Assembly (NCBI GenBank): GCA_044347565.1
Contig: JBIKUN010000004.1
Coordinates: 1,295 to 65,294 of the forward strand
Reading direction: 5' to 3'
DNA length: 64,000 bases
Origin: Vicinamibacterales bacterium
GTDB taxonomy: Bacteria > Acidobacteriota > Vicinamibacteria > Vicinamibacterales > UBA2999
Shown: one piece after another, positions 10,575 through 19,519 of the stretch
Position numbering within the stretch: the first letter of the stretch is position 1
Layout: every line of letters starts with the position of its first letter
Notes under the pieces: model-generated
Seen by the model: only the letters and a program-made list of their open reading frames with translations
What the model was told of the DNA's origin: nothing
The model's database searches: none
Translations under genes and position numbers: made by a program

Positions 10575-10758
10575 CGTGCCTATTCTGACGGCGTTGGCGG
10601 CCGTCACGACCCCGGATGACCGAAAGATAGCCGCGTCCTGTCCGGGTGGCCCGGCCACCGGCGCCGCAATCGTCGTCCGGTCACGCCGTACGCGCACCGA
10701 AGGATAGGGATGCATATCGCGCTCGCATCGATAGCCTCAGATCCCGGGAGTGCACACG

Positions 10759-12099
10759 ATGCTGGAACGCCTCAAGCTGTTCATGACGTTCTTCGACAGC
10801 CGCTTCGAGGACCTGAAGCGCGACAACTGGAAGGCCACCGTCTACCGCGACTTCAGCGCCGGACTGATCGTGGCGATGACGGCGATCCCGATGGCAATGG
10901 GATTTGCGATGGCGATGGGCATGCGGCCCGAGCAGGGCATCATCGCCGGCGCCGTCGCCTGCCTCGTCGGGCGCACGTTCGGCGGATCGAAGTACCAGGT
11001 CTACGGACCGACGGCCGCCTTCATCCCGGTGATCGGCTCGCTCATGGGCAAATACGACCACGGGTTCCTGATCGTCTGCTCCGGCGTGGCCGGCCTCGTG
11101 CTGATGGCCATGGGACTCCTCGGCGCCGGCCGCTTCGCGAAGCTCGTGCCGAACTCGGTCATCGTCGGCTTCACCGTGGGTATCGGCGTCTCGATCGCCC
11201 TCACCAACCTCGACTCGCTGCTCGGCGTGCGCTTCGCGGAAAGCGGGCTGCCGGGCGTCGTGAAGGGGCTGGCCGCCAACCTCGGAAACATCAACGGCGC
11301 GGCGCTCTTCATCGGGCTCATGACGTTCGTGGTCACGCGGTATCTGCTGCGGATCTCGATCTTCATTCCGGCGCCCCTCATCGCCCTGGGCGTCGCCACC
11401 GTGCTCGGTGCGACGCTGCTGAGTGGCAGCGGTCTCACCCTCGTCGCCGACCGCTACGGCGAGATCCCGACCAACTTCTTCGTGCTCACGCTGCCGTCGC
11501 TGCCACCGGTCTCGGCCACGATGTTCGCCGACATGGCCTACTACGTCTTTGCCATCGTCTTCGTCTCGGCGGTCGAAAGCGTGCTCTGCTCGTCGATGGC
11601 CGACCGGCTGGCCGGCAATCGCCGCACGCCGTTCAACCCCGACAAGGAGTTCTGGGGCCAGGGCCTCGTGCAGGTCGTCACACCGCTCATCAACGGGTTC
11701 CCCTGCACGGGTGCCCTCGCCCGCACGGCGACGAGCATAAAGTCGGGCGCCGTCACGCCACTGGCCGGCTATTTCAAGGCCTTCCTGAAGCTCGGCCTCG
11801 CCTACTACCTCGCTCAGTACCTGAACCTGGTGCCGATGGCGTGCATCGGCGGCATTCTGCTGTGGGTGTCGACCAACATGATCAAGCCGGCCGAGATCAG
11901 CCACGTATGGCAGGCCGATCGCGCGCATGGCCTGCTCATGGCCTACACCGCCGTGATGGTGCCGGCGACCGACTTCCTGACCGGCGTGCTGTCGGCCCTG
12001 GTCATCTACTTCGTGTTCCGGCGCAGCTTTGGCGAACTGCCGGAACCGGCTCAGGCCCCAACACTGCGCGTCACGACCGGCGCGCCACAGCCCGCGTGA
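10759..12099 (+). CDS. SulP-family anion permease core without a C-terminal STAS domain
   Basis: Contains SAGLIVAMTAIPMAMGFAMAMG and GGSKYQVYGPTAAF, the SulP signature region. The protein ends about 25 aa after the last TM helix. Confidence 0.85.
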   Translation: MLERLKLFMTFFDSRFEDLKRDNWKATVYRDFSAGLIVAMTAIPMAMGFAMAMGMRPEQGIIAGAVACLVGRTFGGSKYQVYGPTAAFIPVIGSLMGKYDHGFLIVCSGVAGLVLMAMGLLGAGRFAKLVPNSVIVGFTVGIGVSIALTNLDSLLGVRFAESGLPGVVKGLAANLGNINGAALFIGLMTFVVTRYLLRISIFIPAPLIALGVATVLGATLLSGSGLTLVADRYGEIPTNFFVLTLPSLPPVSATMFADMAYYVFAIVFVSAVESVLCSSMADRLAGNRRTPFNPDKEFWGQGLVQVVTPLINGFPCTGALARTATSIKSGAVTPLAGYFKAFLKLGLAYYLAQYLNLVPMACIGGILLWVSTNMIKPAEISHVWQADRAHGLLMAYTAVMVPATDFLTGVLSALVIYFVFRRSFGELPEPAQAPTLRVTTGAPQPA

Positions 12100-12107
12100 G
12101 GTCGCAG

Positions 12108-13025
12108 ATGTCCGCCACGTTCGATCAACTCGTCGTTGCCCTCGGGTCGCCGGCTGGCGACCGGGCTCTCATCACGTATGCGGCCCTCCTCGCGCGACTC
12201 GGGGGCTCGCGTGTCGTGCACTTCGTCCACGTTGCCCGCGGCGATGCCGACGCGGCCGCGGTGCGGGGCGAGATTCGCGACGCTGTCGCCGCTGCGGCGC
12301 CCGATCTGGCCAGCCGCACGGAAGTGGACGTGCTGCACGGGGCCCTCACGGATCGACTGCTCGACTACCTGACGGAATCGCAGGCCGACCTGGTGCTCGT
12401 GGGCGGACGACGCCGGCGCCTGGCGGCACGACTGGCCATGGTGGCGCCGTGCGCCGTCGCCATGCTGCCGGACGGCGCCTCCCCGGCCGTCTCGCACCTG
12501 CTCGTCGCTGTGGACTTCTCGCACGACGCCGCCGACACGCTCCGCTGGGCCACGAGCCTCCTCGCGGATCAGCCGGACATCCGCTGCACCGCCCTCCATG
12601 TGATGACGCACGAGTCCACGGACATCTTCGCCGTGCACGAGACACCGGAGGCCCGCATGGCAGCCATGCGGGAGTTGCTGTCGGAGTCGAACCGCCACGG
12701 TGTGGACGTGGTGTCCCGTCTGGCCGAGGTCGATCGCGACGGCGCCGTGCACGCTGGAGACATCGCGTTCCCGACGAAGATCCAGCACAGCGACGTCGCG
12801 CACACCATCCTGGCAGAGGCTGCGGCTGTCGGCGCCGACTGCCTCGCGCTCAGCACGCGGGGCCGGAGCCGCTCGGCCTCGATCCTGCTCGGATCAGTGG
12901 TCGAGATGGTGATCGAACGTACCACGGTACCGCTGCTGGTTGGCAAGCCCGCCGGACGGCGACTCAGCCTGGCCGACATCCTCCTCGGCCGCGCCGGCAG
13001 GTCCGAAGGCGTCAAGGCGAGCTGA
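12108..13025 (+). CDS. Tandem universal stress protein (two USP domains)
   Basis: In-frame ATG at 12108 of the chimeric 771-aa track ORF, with GAGGT upstream. The second domain keeps the ATP-type motif STRGRSRSASILLGSVVEMVIERTTVPLLV. Confidence 0.8.
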   Translation: MSATFDQLVVALGSPAGDRALITYAALLARLGGSRVVHFVHVARGDADAAAVRGEIRDAVAAAAPDLASRTEVDVLHGALTDRLLDYLTESQADLVLVGGRRRRLAARLAMVAPCAVAMLPDGASPAVSHLLVAVDFSHDAADTLRWATSLLADQPDIRCTALHVMTHESTDIFAVHETPEARMAAMRELLSESNRHGVDVVSRLAEVDRDGAVHAGDIAFPTKIQHSDVAHTILAEAAAVGADCLALSTRGRSRSASILLGSVVEMVIERTTVPLLVGKPAGRRLSLADILLGRAGRSEGVKAS

Positions 13026-13032
13026 CGCGGCG

Positions 13033-13971
13033 ATGGCCTTTCATCCGGACCTCCGACTGCTCGCGGCAAGCCGCGATCGTGACCTGACCCCGGAAGCGCG
13101 TGGCGCGGTGTCACAGTTGAGCGCATCGTGCGACGTCGATCTCACCGTGGCCCATGTGACCACCGACGGCGACGTTCCCGCCCCCCCCGTGCCGTTCGAC
13201 TTCGAGTTGCACGCCGCTCCTCGCCGGCTGCAGCGACGCGAACTCGCGGGGCCCGATGCCGCGCGCACGCTGGCCCGATTGTGCGCCGACGAGCCCTTCG
13301 ATCTCGTCCTGGCGCCCACTCGCCGCCAGGGGGTCGCCTGGCCGCGGCTGCGAGGTTCCTTCCGCGAACGCCTGCTCCGCCTCTCTGCGACGCCGCTCTG
13401 GACGGCCGGGCCCGGCGTGCCGGGCCGGCACTTTCATCGGCCCATTCGCAGCGTGGCCTGCCTGCTCGACTTCGACGCCAATCCGGAGCGCCTGCTGCAG
13501 CGCGCCGCGGCGTTCGCCCGGCGGATGGACGCACGCCTCCACGTGCTGGCGGTGTTGCCGCCCGTGGATGAGAGCACGCTGGCCCTGGTGCTCACATCCG
13601 ACACACCGCTGCTGCCTTCGGCCGCGGTGGCGCGCATCGAACAGTTGTGCGCGGGGCGTCCGTCGCCGATGGTGGATGTCGTGGTAGATGGGAAGCGCCG
13701 CGGCCTCGGTCGCCTCGTCGAGATGGCCCTGCCTGATGTGCTCTTCGTGCGTTCGCATCAGTGGTCTGGCGGCTGGCCGTTCAGCGGGTCGCGGCATCTC
13801 GACACCCTGCGGTGTCCGGTGATCCGTGTGCCTGATGAGGTCTCCACGATGGACTGGACGTTCGAACGCGCCACGGCCGCGTCGCGGCTGGCGCGTGCCG
13901 GCGAACGGGTGCCCGCCAAAGGTGTGGTCGAGGATGCCTGGCCGGCAGGAGCGCCCTCGCGGCTTGGCTGA
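13033..13971 (+). CDS. Degenerate tandem USP-like protein (ATP motif eroded)
   Basis: ATG at 13033 (MAFHPDLRLLAAS...). Two halves have USP-like strand patterns (LTVAHVTTDG, LHVLAVLPP, CPVIRVP) but no G-x2-G-x9-G(S/T) motif. Confidence 0.5.
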   Translation: MAFHPDLRLLAASRDRDLTPEARGAVSQLSASCDVDLTVAHVTTDGDVPAPPVPFDFELHAAPRRLQRRELAGPDAARTLARLCADEPFDLVLAPTRRQGVAWPRLRGSFRERLLRLSATPLWTAGPGVPGRHFHRPIRSVACLLDFDANPERLLQRAAAFARRMDARLHVLAVLPPVDESTLALVLTSDTPLLPSAAVARIEQLCAGRPSPMVDVVVDGKRRGLGRLVEMALPDVLFVRSHQWSGGWPFSGSRHLDTLRCPVIRVPDEVSTMDWTFERATAASRLARAGERVPAKGVVEDAWPAGAPSRLG

Positions 13972-14051
13972 GGCCTGGCGGTCAGACCGCCAGGCCGTAC
14001 GACCTGTGAGCCTGGGCGCGCGCGTACGCTAGAGTGCTGCGCGGAGACTGC

Positions 14052-15065
14052 ATGCGTCCGAATCGCCGCTCGTTCCTGAAAACCACCGCCGCCGGTGTGG
14101 CCGCGGCCACCGCCGCTTCGTTCGCGTCGACGGCGTCACTCGAGGCGCAGCGCGGTGCCCCCGCCTCGTTCGAGATGCCGCGCAACATGACGCTGCTCAA
14201 CATGCGGACGGCGGCGGGGCCGCGGCTGGGTGTGAAGCTCGCGAAGGGCATCCTCGACGTGAGCGCGGCCGCCGCGATGTACAAGCTGCCGGCGCCGGTG
14301 GATACCGACGACCTGCTGCAGCGCGGCCTCGGCGGTCAGCTCGCGAAGGTGGTGGCGGCGGCGGCCGATGGCCCGGCGCGCCTCTACCTGCAGGAGAGCG
14401 CCGTGCAGCATGCGCCGCTCGTCACGCGCCCCGAGAAGATCATCATGATGGGGTTCAACTACCGGCGGCATGCGGCGGAGACCAACACGCCGATCCCGGG
14501 CAACCCGACGCTCTTCAACAAGTTCAACAACACGCTGAACCATCATGGCGGCACGATCGCGCTGCCGACGGCCACGGCCAAGAACTTCGACTACGAAGTG
14601 GAACTGGTGATGGTGTTCGGGCGTGAGTGCCGTAACGTCTCGGAAGCCGACGCGCTCAACTACGTGGCCGGCTACTGCACGGGCAACGATTTCTCGGCCC
14701 GCGACATGCAGTACCTCACGAGCCAGTTCATGATCGGCAAGACGTTCGACGGCTTCGCGCCGCTCGGGCCGCATCTGGTCACGAGCGACCTGGTGGGCGA
14801 TCCGAACAGCCTGCGGCTCGAGTGCCGGGTGAACGGCGAGCAGCGGCAGGACTGGAACACCAACGACATGATCTTCAACTGCCGGCAGATGGTGAGTTTC
14901 GCGTCGCGAATGATGACCATCAAGCCGGGCGACATCTTCTTCACCGGCACGCCGCACGGCGTCATCTTCGGCAAGCCGAAGAACGAGCAGGTGTGGCTGA
15001 AGCCCGGCGACCGCGTGGCCTGCAGCGTGGAGAAGCTGGGCGAGCTCGCGTTCAGCCTGACCTGA
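14052..15065 (+). CDS. Fumarylacetoacetate hydrolase (FAH) family protein with a twin-arginine signal peptide
   Basis: MRPNRRSFLKTTAAGVAAATAASFASTASLEAQ matches the Tat consensus. The FAH core includes IMMGFNYRRHAAE, FDYEVELVMVFG, GKTFDGFAPLGP and GDIFFTGTPHGV. Confidence 0.85.
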   Translation: MRPNRRSFLKTTAAGVAAATAASFASTASLEAQRGAPASFEMPRNMTLLNMRTAAGPRLGVKLAKGILDVSAAAAMYKLPAPVDTDDLLQRGLGGQLAKVVAAAADGPARLYLQESAVQHAPLVTRPEKIIMMGFNYRRHAAETNTPIPGNPTLFNKFNNTLNHHGGTIALPTATAKNFDYEVELVMVFGRECRNVSEADALNYVAGYCTGNDFSARDMQYLTSQFMIGKTFDGFAPLGPHLVTSDLVGDPNSLRLECRVNGEQRQDWNTNDMIFNCRQMVSFASRMMTIKPGDIFFTGTPHGVIFGKPKNEQVWLKPGDRVACSVEKLGELAFSLT

Positions 15066-15107
15066 GGGAGCGCGTCACCCGGGCGCGAGGTTGCCGGCCG
15101 GGGCGCC

Positions 15108-16055
15108 TCACTCCGGCGTCGATGTCTCGAAGACGTAGAGCCGCGAGGTGTCGTCCTCGGGCATGAAGTAGCCGCGCAGCCCGTTCGCCGAGGGCTCCAG
15201 CCAGACGGGATTGTGGGTCATGTCGAGCCCACCGGCGGTCCACAGCGGCACGGCGACCTGGTGCAGCGGGCGGTGGTCGCCGAGATCGACAAGTTCGAGG
15301 CCACCGAGGCGGACCGGCGGCGCGGCCGCCGTGGGTCTCATCTCCGCGAGGCCAGTGCACAACATGCGGTGCTGCCCCGCGTATTTGCAGTCCTGGTAAT
15401 CGATGTAGTGAGCAGGATTCGTCGAACGCACGGCCTGCGGTGGCCCCTCGCCCCGCACGCGCCCGTTCGCGTCGAGCGTCCAGCGGTAGAACATACGGGA
15501 GCCCCAGCTCACGCCGTGCAGACTCCCGTCGTCGGTGTCATGAACGATCGCCCCGAGGTGATCCGGCCACCGCAGCACTTCGGCGGCGGTCATGGCAGTC
15601 GGGTCCACCCGGTACACGATCGACCGGCTGTTGGGCCGATATTCCGCCACCGGCACCCAGATGGAATGGCCGTCGTAGTCGATGCCGCCGGGGTGATAGA
15701 TAGCGCCCTCTCCGAGCTTGAGATCCGCCACCAGGCGGCCCGACAGGTCGAGCTTGAACAGGTGACCCACGCCCGCACCGGCGTCGCGGTCGAGTCCGTT
15801 CACCGCCGACGGATAGCGCCTCGTGGGCACGGTGACCTCGACCGACGACACGAACAGGTGCTCGCCGATCCTGACCATGCCCTGCGGGTGGTAGGTCCTG
15901 AACTGCACCGGCACCGTCCGCACGAGTGTCCACTGGCTGGCCCGGGTCAGACGCGTCACCCGCGCGGCCAACTCGAGCCGAGCACTGTCGAGTGAGGGCT
16001 GAGCCGCCGCGGCGAGCGCCGCCAGGACGGCGATCAATATGACCGGGAGGGGCAT
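15108..16055 (-). CDS. Secreted hypothetical protein (family not recognised with confidence)
   Basis: ATG at 16055 gives MPLPVILIAVLAALAAAAQPS (signal peptide). The codon bias is coding-like over 315 aa. TTATAA lies 7 nt upstream of the ATG. Confidence 0.6.
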   Translation of the reverse strand: MPLPVILIAVLAALAAAAQPSLDSARLELAARVTRLTRASQWTLVRTVPVQFRTYHPQGMVRIGEHLFVSSVEVTVPTRRYPSAVNGLDRDAGAGVGHLFKLDLSGRLVADLKLGEGAIYHPGGIDYDGHSIWVPVAEYRPNSRSIVYRVDPTAMTAAEVLRWPDHLGAIVHDTDDGSLHGVSWGSRMFYRWTLDANGRVRGEGPPQAVRSTNPAHYIDYQDCKYAGQHRMLCTGLAEMRPTAAAPPVRLGGLELVDLGDHRPLHQVAVPLWTAGGLDMTHNPVWLEPSANGLRGYFMPEDDTSRLYVFETSTPE

Positions 16056-16138
16056 CGCCCGGTTATAACATCGCGCTCGCCGCTGGCGCCGGCGTCGCGT
16101 GATGTTTACCGCGCTCTCCCTCGCTGGCGGGTGGCGCG

Positions 16139-16189
16139 CTACGTTCGGCCGGTCAGCAGCAGGATGATGAGCACGACGATGATGTTCAT
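16139..16189 (-). CDS. Candidate 16-aa hydrophobic micro-ORF MNIIVVLIILLLTGRT
   Basis: ATG 16189..16187 is preceded by AGGAG (16199..16195) with a 5-nt spacer, and the ORF ends in TAG at 16141..16139. It lies in an otherwise unassigned 364-nt gap. Confidence 0.25.
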   Translation of the reverse strand: MNIIVVLIILLLTGRT

Positions 16190-16425
16190 GGCGACTCCTG
16201 TCAGGAACGAACTGATGCGAGCGTAGGCCCTGGAGCGGACAGCCGTCTGTGCCACACAGCACAGGGGCGCGGACCGCGCGAGCGCGACCCGCCTCGTCCA
16301 GATGGGCGGCTGCTCACGCCGCACTCCTCACGGGCAGGCCGTCCGCACGTATGGACGGGATGCGCGGCCGCACGCTAGTGTAAAGATCCTCGGGCAGCGC
16401 ACTCAGCGCGAAGGAGACTGTGACC

Positions 16426-17145
16426 ATGACGCACGACCGCACCGTTCACGCCCCGGCACGACGCTCGTTCCTGTCGCGGCTCGCCGCTGGCGCCGGCGCC
16501 TTCGGCGCCGCCTTCGCCGGGTCCACGGCCGCCTCGGCGCAGCCCGCCACGGCGCCGGCAGGACGGTTCGTGCCCGCGAAGCACCCCGAGGACGACTGGC
16601 TCGACGACACCACGACGGCGAAACACCGCTTCTTCTACGACACGATGACCGCCGAGGCCGGCGGGCAGGCGCTGTTCTTCGCGCGCAACTTCTTCGTGGC
16701 CAACGCGAGCGGCTACAAGCTGACCGACGCCGATCTCGCCCAGGTCATCTGCCTGCGGCATGCCTCGGCGTCGTTCGGATTCACCGACGCCATGTGGGCC
16801 AAGTACGGCGACGCGCTGTCGGCGCGGGCCGGCAACTTCGTCGACCCGAAGACGAAGCAGGCTCCGACGGTCAACATCTACCAGGCCTCGGGCTACGGTG
16901 AGGCGCTCAGGAACGTCAACGTGACGATCGATCAGATGGCCACGCGAGGCGTCCGGTTCGCGGTGTGCGGGCTGTCCACGCGAGCCACCGCGCAGCTCAT
17001 CGCTCAGAAGACGGGCGGCACCGTGGACGCGGTCATGACGGAGCTCTCATCCAATCTGGTGCCGAACGCCCGCATCGTGCCGGCAGGCATCGTGACGGTG
17101 AGCCGGGCGCAGGAGCGCGGATACACGTTCGCCTACATCGACTGA
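16426..17145 (+). CDS. Tat-signal protein, possibly with a DsrE/DsrF-like fold
   Basis: AAGGAG lies 9 nt upstream of ATG 16426. MTHDRTVHAPARRSFLSRLAAGAGAFGAAFAGSTAASAQ is a twin-arginine signal. The segment VRFAVCGLSTRATAQ resembles the DsrE-type Cys region, but the family call is weak. Confidence 0.55.
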   Translation: MTHDRTVHAPARRSFLSRLAAGAGAFGAAFAGSTAASAQPATAPAGRFVPAKHPEDDWLDDTTTAKHRFFYDTMTAEAGGQALFFARNFFVANASGYKLTDADLAQVICLRHASASFGFTDAMWAKYGDALSARAGNFVDPKTKQAPTVNIYQASGYGEALRNVNVTIDQMATRGVRFAVCGLSTRATAQLIAQKTGGTVDAVMTELSSNLVPNARIVPAGIVTVSRAQERGYTFAYID

Positions 17146-17200
17146 CACGCCGCCGCTCCACCGGGAGCCGGACGCGTCGAGGAGGGGCACCCGCGGCGCG

Positions 17201-18004
17201 TCATCGCCCCGCGGCATTCAGGGACCAGTCGTAGTCCAGGAACGTGATGGGCAGCCGGCCGGCGCGCAACGCCTCCCGCTCCCGAGGGTCGTCGGTGAGT
17301 ACGTCGGCGTGCGCCGCGAACACGTCGGCGAGCCGGCGGAGTCCGGCGTGGCCCTGTTCGAAGTCCTTCCGGTACCACTTGAAGACCGCGCTGACTTCCA
17401 GACGTCCCGCGGCGACGCGGTTGCGGGTGCGGTCGGCCAGGAAGCGGCGCAGGCCGTCCGCCAGCTGCTGCTCGAGCCGCGGCGCAACGAACGCTTCGGG
17501 TCGCAGGGCCGGGCAGCCGATCGACGCGCAGTTGACCGCCGCGTGGATCCGCGGCTCGGCGTAGCGTGGGCGCAGTTGCTCGTGCTCGATCCAGTCAAGA
17601 TGGCGTCGGGCCCCGAGTAAGGTGAAGAAGCGATTCCTCCACGGACTGCGGATGATCGACCCCAGGTCCCTGATGGAGGTCACGTCGGGCCAGCCAGTCA
17701 GGATGAGCTCGACGGTGAAGGCGTTGTAGGCGTTGATGAGAAACGCGACCTGCTGCGTCCGGCTCCACCGCTCGAACTCCGCGGCCGGCACCGCACTCAT
17801 CGCGTCGAGCACGGTCTTCAGCCTGGGCCGATCGCCGGCCAGGCCGGCGTAGTCGACACGGCTCTGCCCGCCGTCTGGCAGCCAGCGGACGTGCTGGCGG
17901 ACCAGTCCGTCCCAGGTGGCGTAGCCGTGGTCGAAGGACTGCGCGGCTCCCGTGGCGGCGGCACCCAGGCATAGCCCCACGGCGAGGATCAGTGCGGTTC
18001 TCAC
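17201..18004 (-). CDS. DUF547 domain-containing exported protein
   Basis: GTG at 18004 is preceded by GGAG and gives VRTALILAVGLCLGAAATGAAQS (signal peptide). The core FLINAYNAFTVELIL...HAAVNCASIGCPALR is the DUF547 signature. Confidence 0.8.
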   Translation of the reverse strand: MRTALILAVGLCLGAAATGAAQSFDHGYATWDGLVRQHVRWLPDGGQSRVDYAGLAGDRPRLKTVLDAMSAVPAAEFERWSRTQQVAFLINAYNAFTVELILTGWPDVTSIRDLGSIIRSPWRNRFFTLLGARRHLDWIEHEQLRPRYAEPRIHAAVNCASIGCPALRPEAFVAPRLEQQLADGLRRFLADRTRNRVAAGRLEVSAVFKWYRKDFEQGHAGLRRLADVFAAHADVLTDDPREREALRAGRLPITFLDYDWSLNAAGR

Positions 18005-18389
18005 TTGAACACTCCGAACACTACACCGGCCTGGACGACCAGCGTGTCGGCACGCCACCGGGCACGGTCACGCGTACCCTCGACCGCGTGACCACCCCGA
18101 ACCGGCGCTTAACGCGTAGCCCGCGACAATCGCGGCAGTCGTCGCCAGCCGGCCGACCACCGCCGTGTACGCGGGCCCCATCATGATCGGACGGACGCGC
18201 AGGTCGCCGCGCACGGCGAGGTCCTTCGCTGCACGTTGCACGTCTGACGGGCGCCGCTGTGGCGCTGGCGCGGCTCACGTCTCTCCTGCCGGGTCTCGCA
18301 CATAAGCCTGCCGTCGGCCGGCATGATGGGGACGCCGCGCCTCTTCAGCGAGGCATTGGTGGCGGAAGCGCGGCAGCGCGGTGAAGAGC

Positions 18390-18405
18390 AAGAGCGGTAG
18401 CTCTT
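18390..18405 (-). terminator. Weak intrinsic-terminator-like hairpin after the alpha/beta hydrolase (AAGAGC-tacc-GCTCTT)
   Basis: A 6-bp stem 13 nt downstream of stop 18418..18420, followed by a T-containing tail (GCTCTTCACC). Confidence 0.3.
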
Positions 18406-18417
18406 CATGCGGTGGTC

Positions 18418-19512
18418 CTAGCGCGCACCTGACGTTCCCTCGCGCGCCACGAGCACGGGCCCGCAGCGGTCGGTCGACAGGTTGAAAGGCGCCTGCGGTA
18501 ACGCTCTGCCGGCGGTCTGCTGGCTGAGCGTCAGGCGGATGATGCGGGCCAGGTCGGCCGGCTGGTCGTGTTGCACGTAGTGGTTGCCGCACGGCAGCAG
18601 CCAGTAGGCGCCGGGCGCGGCGCGAGTCCGCAGGGCCGTGGTGAACACGTAGTCGGCCACCCGCACCGGCGCCACCATGTCGTGCACGCCCCACATGATC
18701 GTGGTCGGGACGGGGCTGCGCGCGAGCGTCTCGAGGAAGCCGACTTCCTTCTGCCTGCGCTCGTTGAGGTACTGAATCGTGGCCGGGATCGCGGCCACAC
18801 CCGACTGGTAGTCGAACAGCGCGGCGAGTGCCCGCACCTCGGGGTCGCCGGGTTCGAGCGGCGGGGTGTAGTTGGTGCGCCCCATACCGGTGGCGAGGAG
18901 ATTCGCGTTGGCCGCCTTCTCCGCCGCGGCACTGGTCGCCGGGTCGAGCATCCGCTTCTGGAACTCCGTGAGGTTGGCCAGCGGCAGGTAGATGTTCCCG
19001 TTGGTCAGGAACTGATGCGTGATCGTGAAGGGCGGATTCGGCGCCGCCTGATAGAGCTGCAGGACGTTCAGGGCGACGCTGTCGCCGCGGTCGTGCGACA
19101 ACAGCACGAACTGGCGCAGGTCCAGCACCTTGGTCACCAGGTGCCAGACCAGCTGGGCGTCGTCCGCGAGTGTGTAGCGATACCCGTCCGCCGGTTTGTC
19201 AGAGACGCCGTACCCCGGAAAATCGAGCGTGCACGTACGGAAGTCGGCCGCCAGTTCGGCGGCCAGCAGCCGGAAATCGAAGCTGCTCGTGGGAAAGCCG
19301 GGCAGCATCACGATGGTCGGTTTGGCGGCGTCTCCGCGGCACGTGTGGAACACCTGCACGCGGCGGCCCTGGTTCTCGGGAAGTGAGGACGTCCAGGTGA
19401 AGTAGCTGCCGGACGCGCGCCATTCCTCGGCCAGGTCGGACGCCAGCGGCTGGGCCTCGAGCCGGGCGGCGAGAGACAGACACAGCACGAACCACAGAGC
19501 GGAGCGAATCAT
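18418..19512 (-). CDS. Secreted alpha/beta-fold hydrolase
   Basis: ATG 19512 has GAGG 5 nt upstream and gives MIRSALWFVLCLSLAARLEAQ. The sequence also contains IVMLPGFPTSSFDF and LLSHDRGDSVAL (nucleophile-elbow-like region with Asp). Confidence 0.8.
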   Translation of the reverse strand: MIRSALWFVLCLSLAARLEAQPLASDLAEEWRASGSYFTWTSSLPENQGRRVQVFHTCRGDAAKPTIVMLPGFPTSSFDFRLLAAELAADFRTCTLDFPGYGVSDKPADGYRYTLADDAQLVWHLVTKVLDLRQFVLLSHDRGDSVALNVLQLYQAAPNPPFTITHQFLTNGNIYLPLANLTEFQKRMLDPATSAAAEKAANANLLATGMGRTNYTPPLEPGDPEVRALAALFDYQSGVAAIPATIQYLNERRQKEVGFLETLARSPVPTTIMWGVHDMVAPVRVADYVFTTALRTRAAPGAYWLLPCGNHYVQHDQPADLARIIRLTLSQQTAGRALPQAPFNLSTDRCGPVLVAREGTSGAR

Positions 19513-19519
19513 GGCGCCT

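Noticed and set aside
10710-12107. First 466 codons of the 771-aa ORF 10710..13025
   Set aside because: This is an out-of-frame read-through across the SulP permease gene with Arg/Pro/His-rich junk composition. Only the part from ATG 12108, the tandem USP, is credible.
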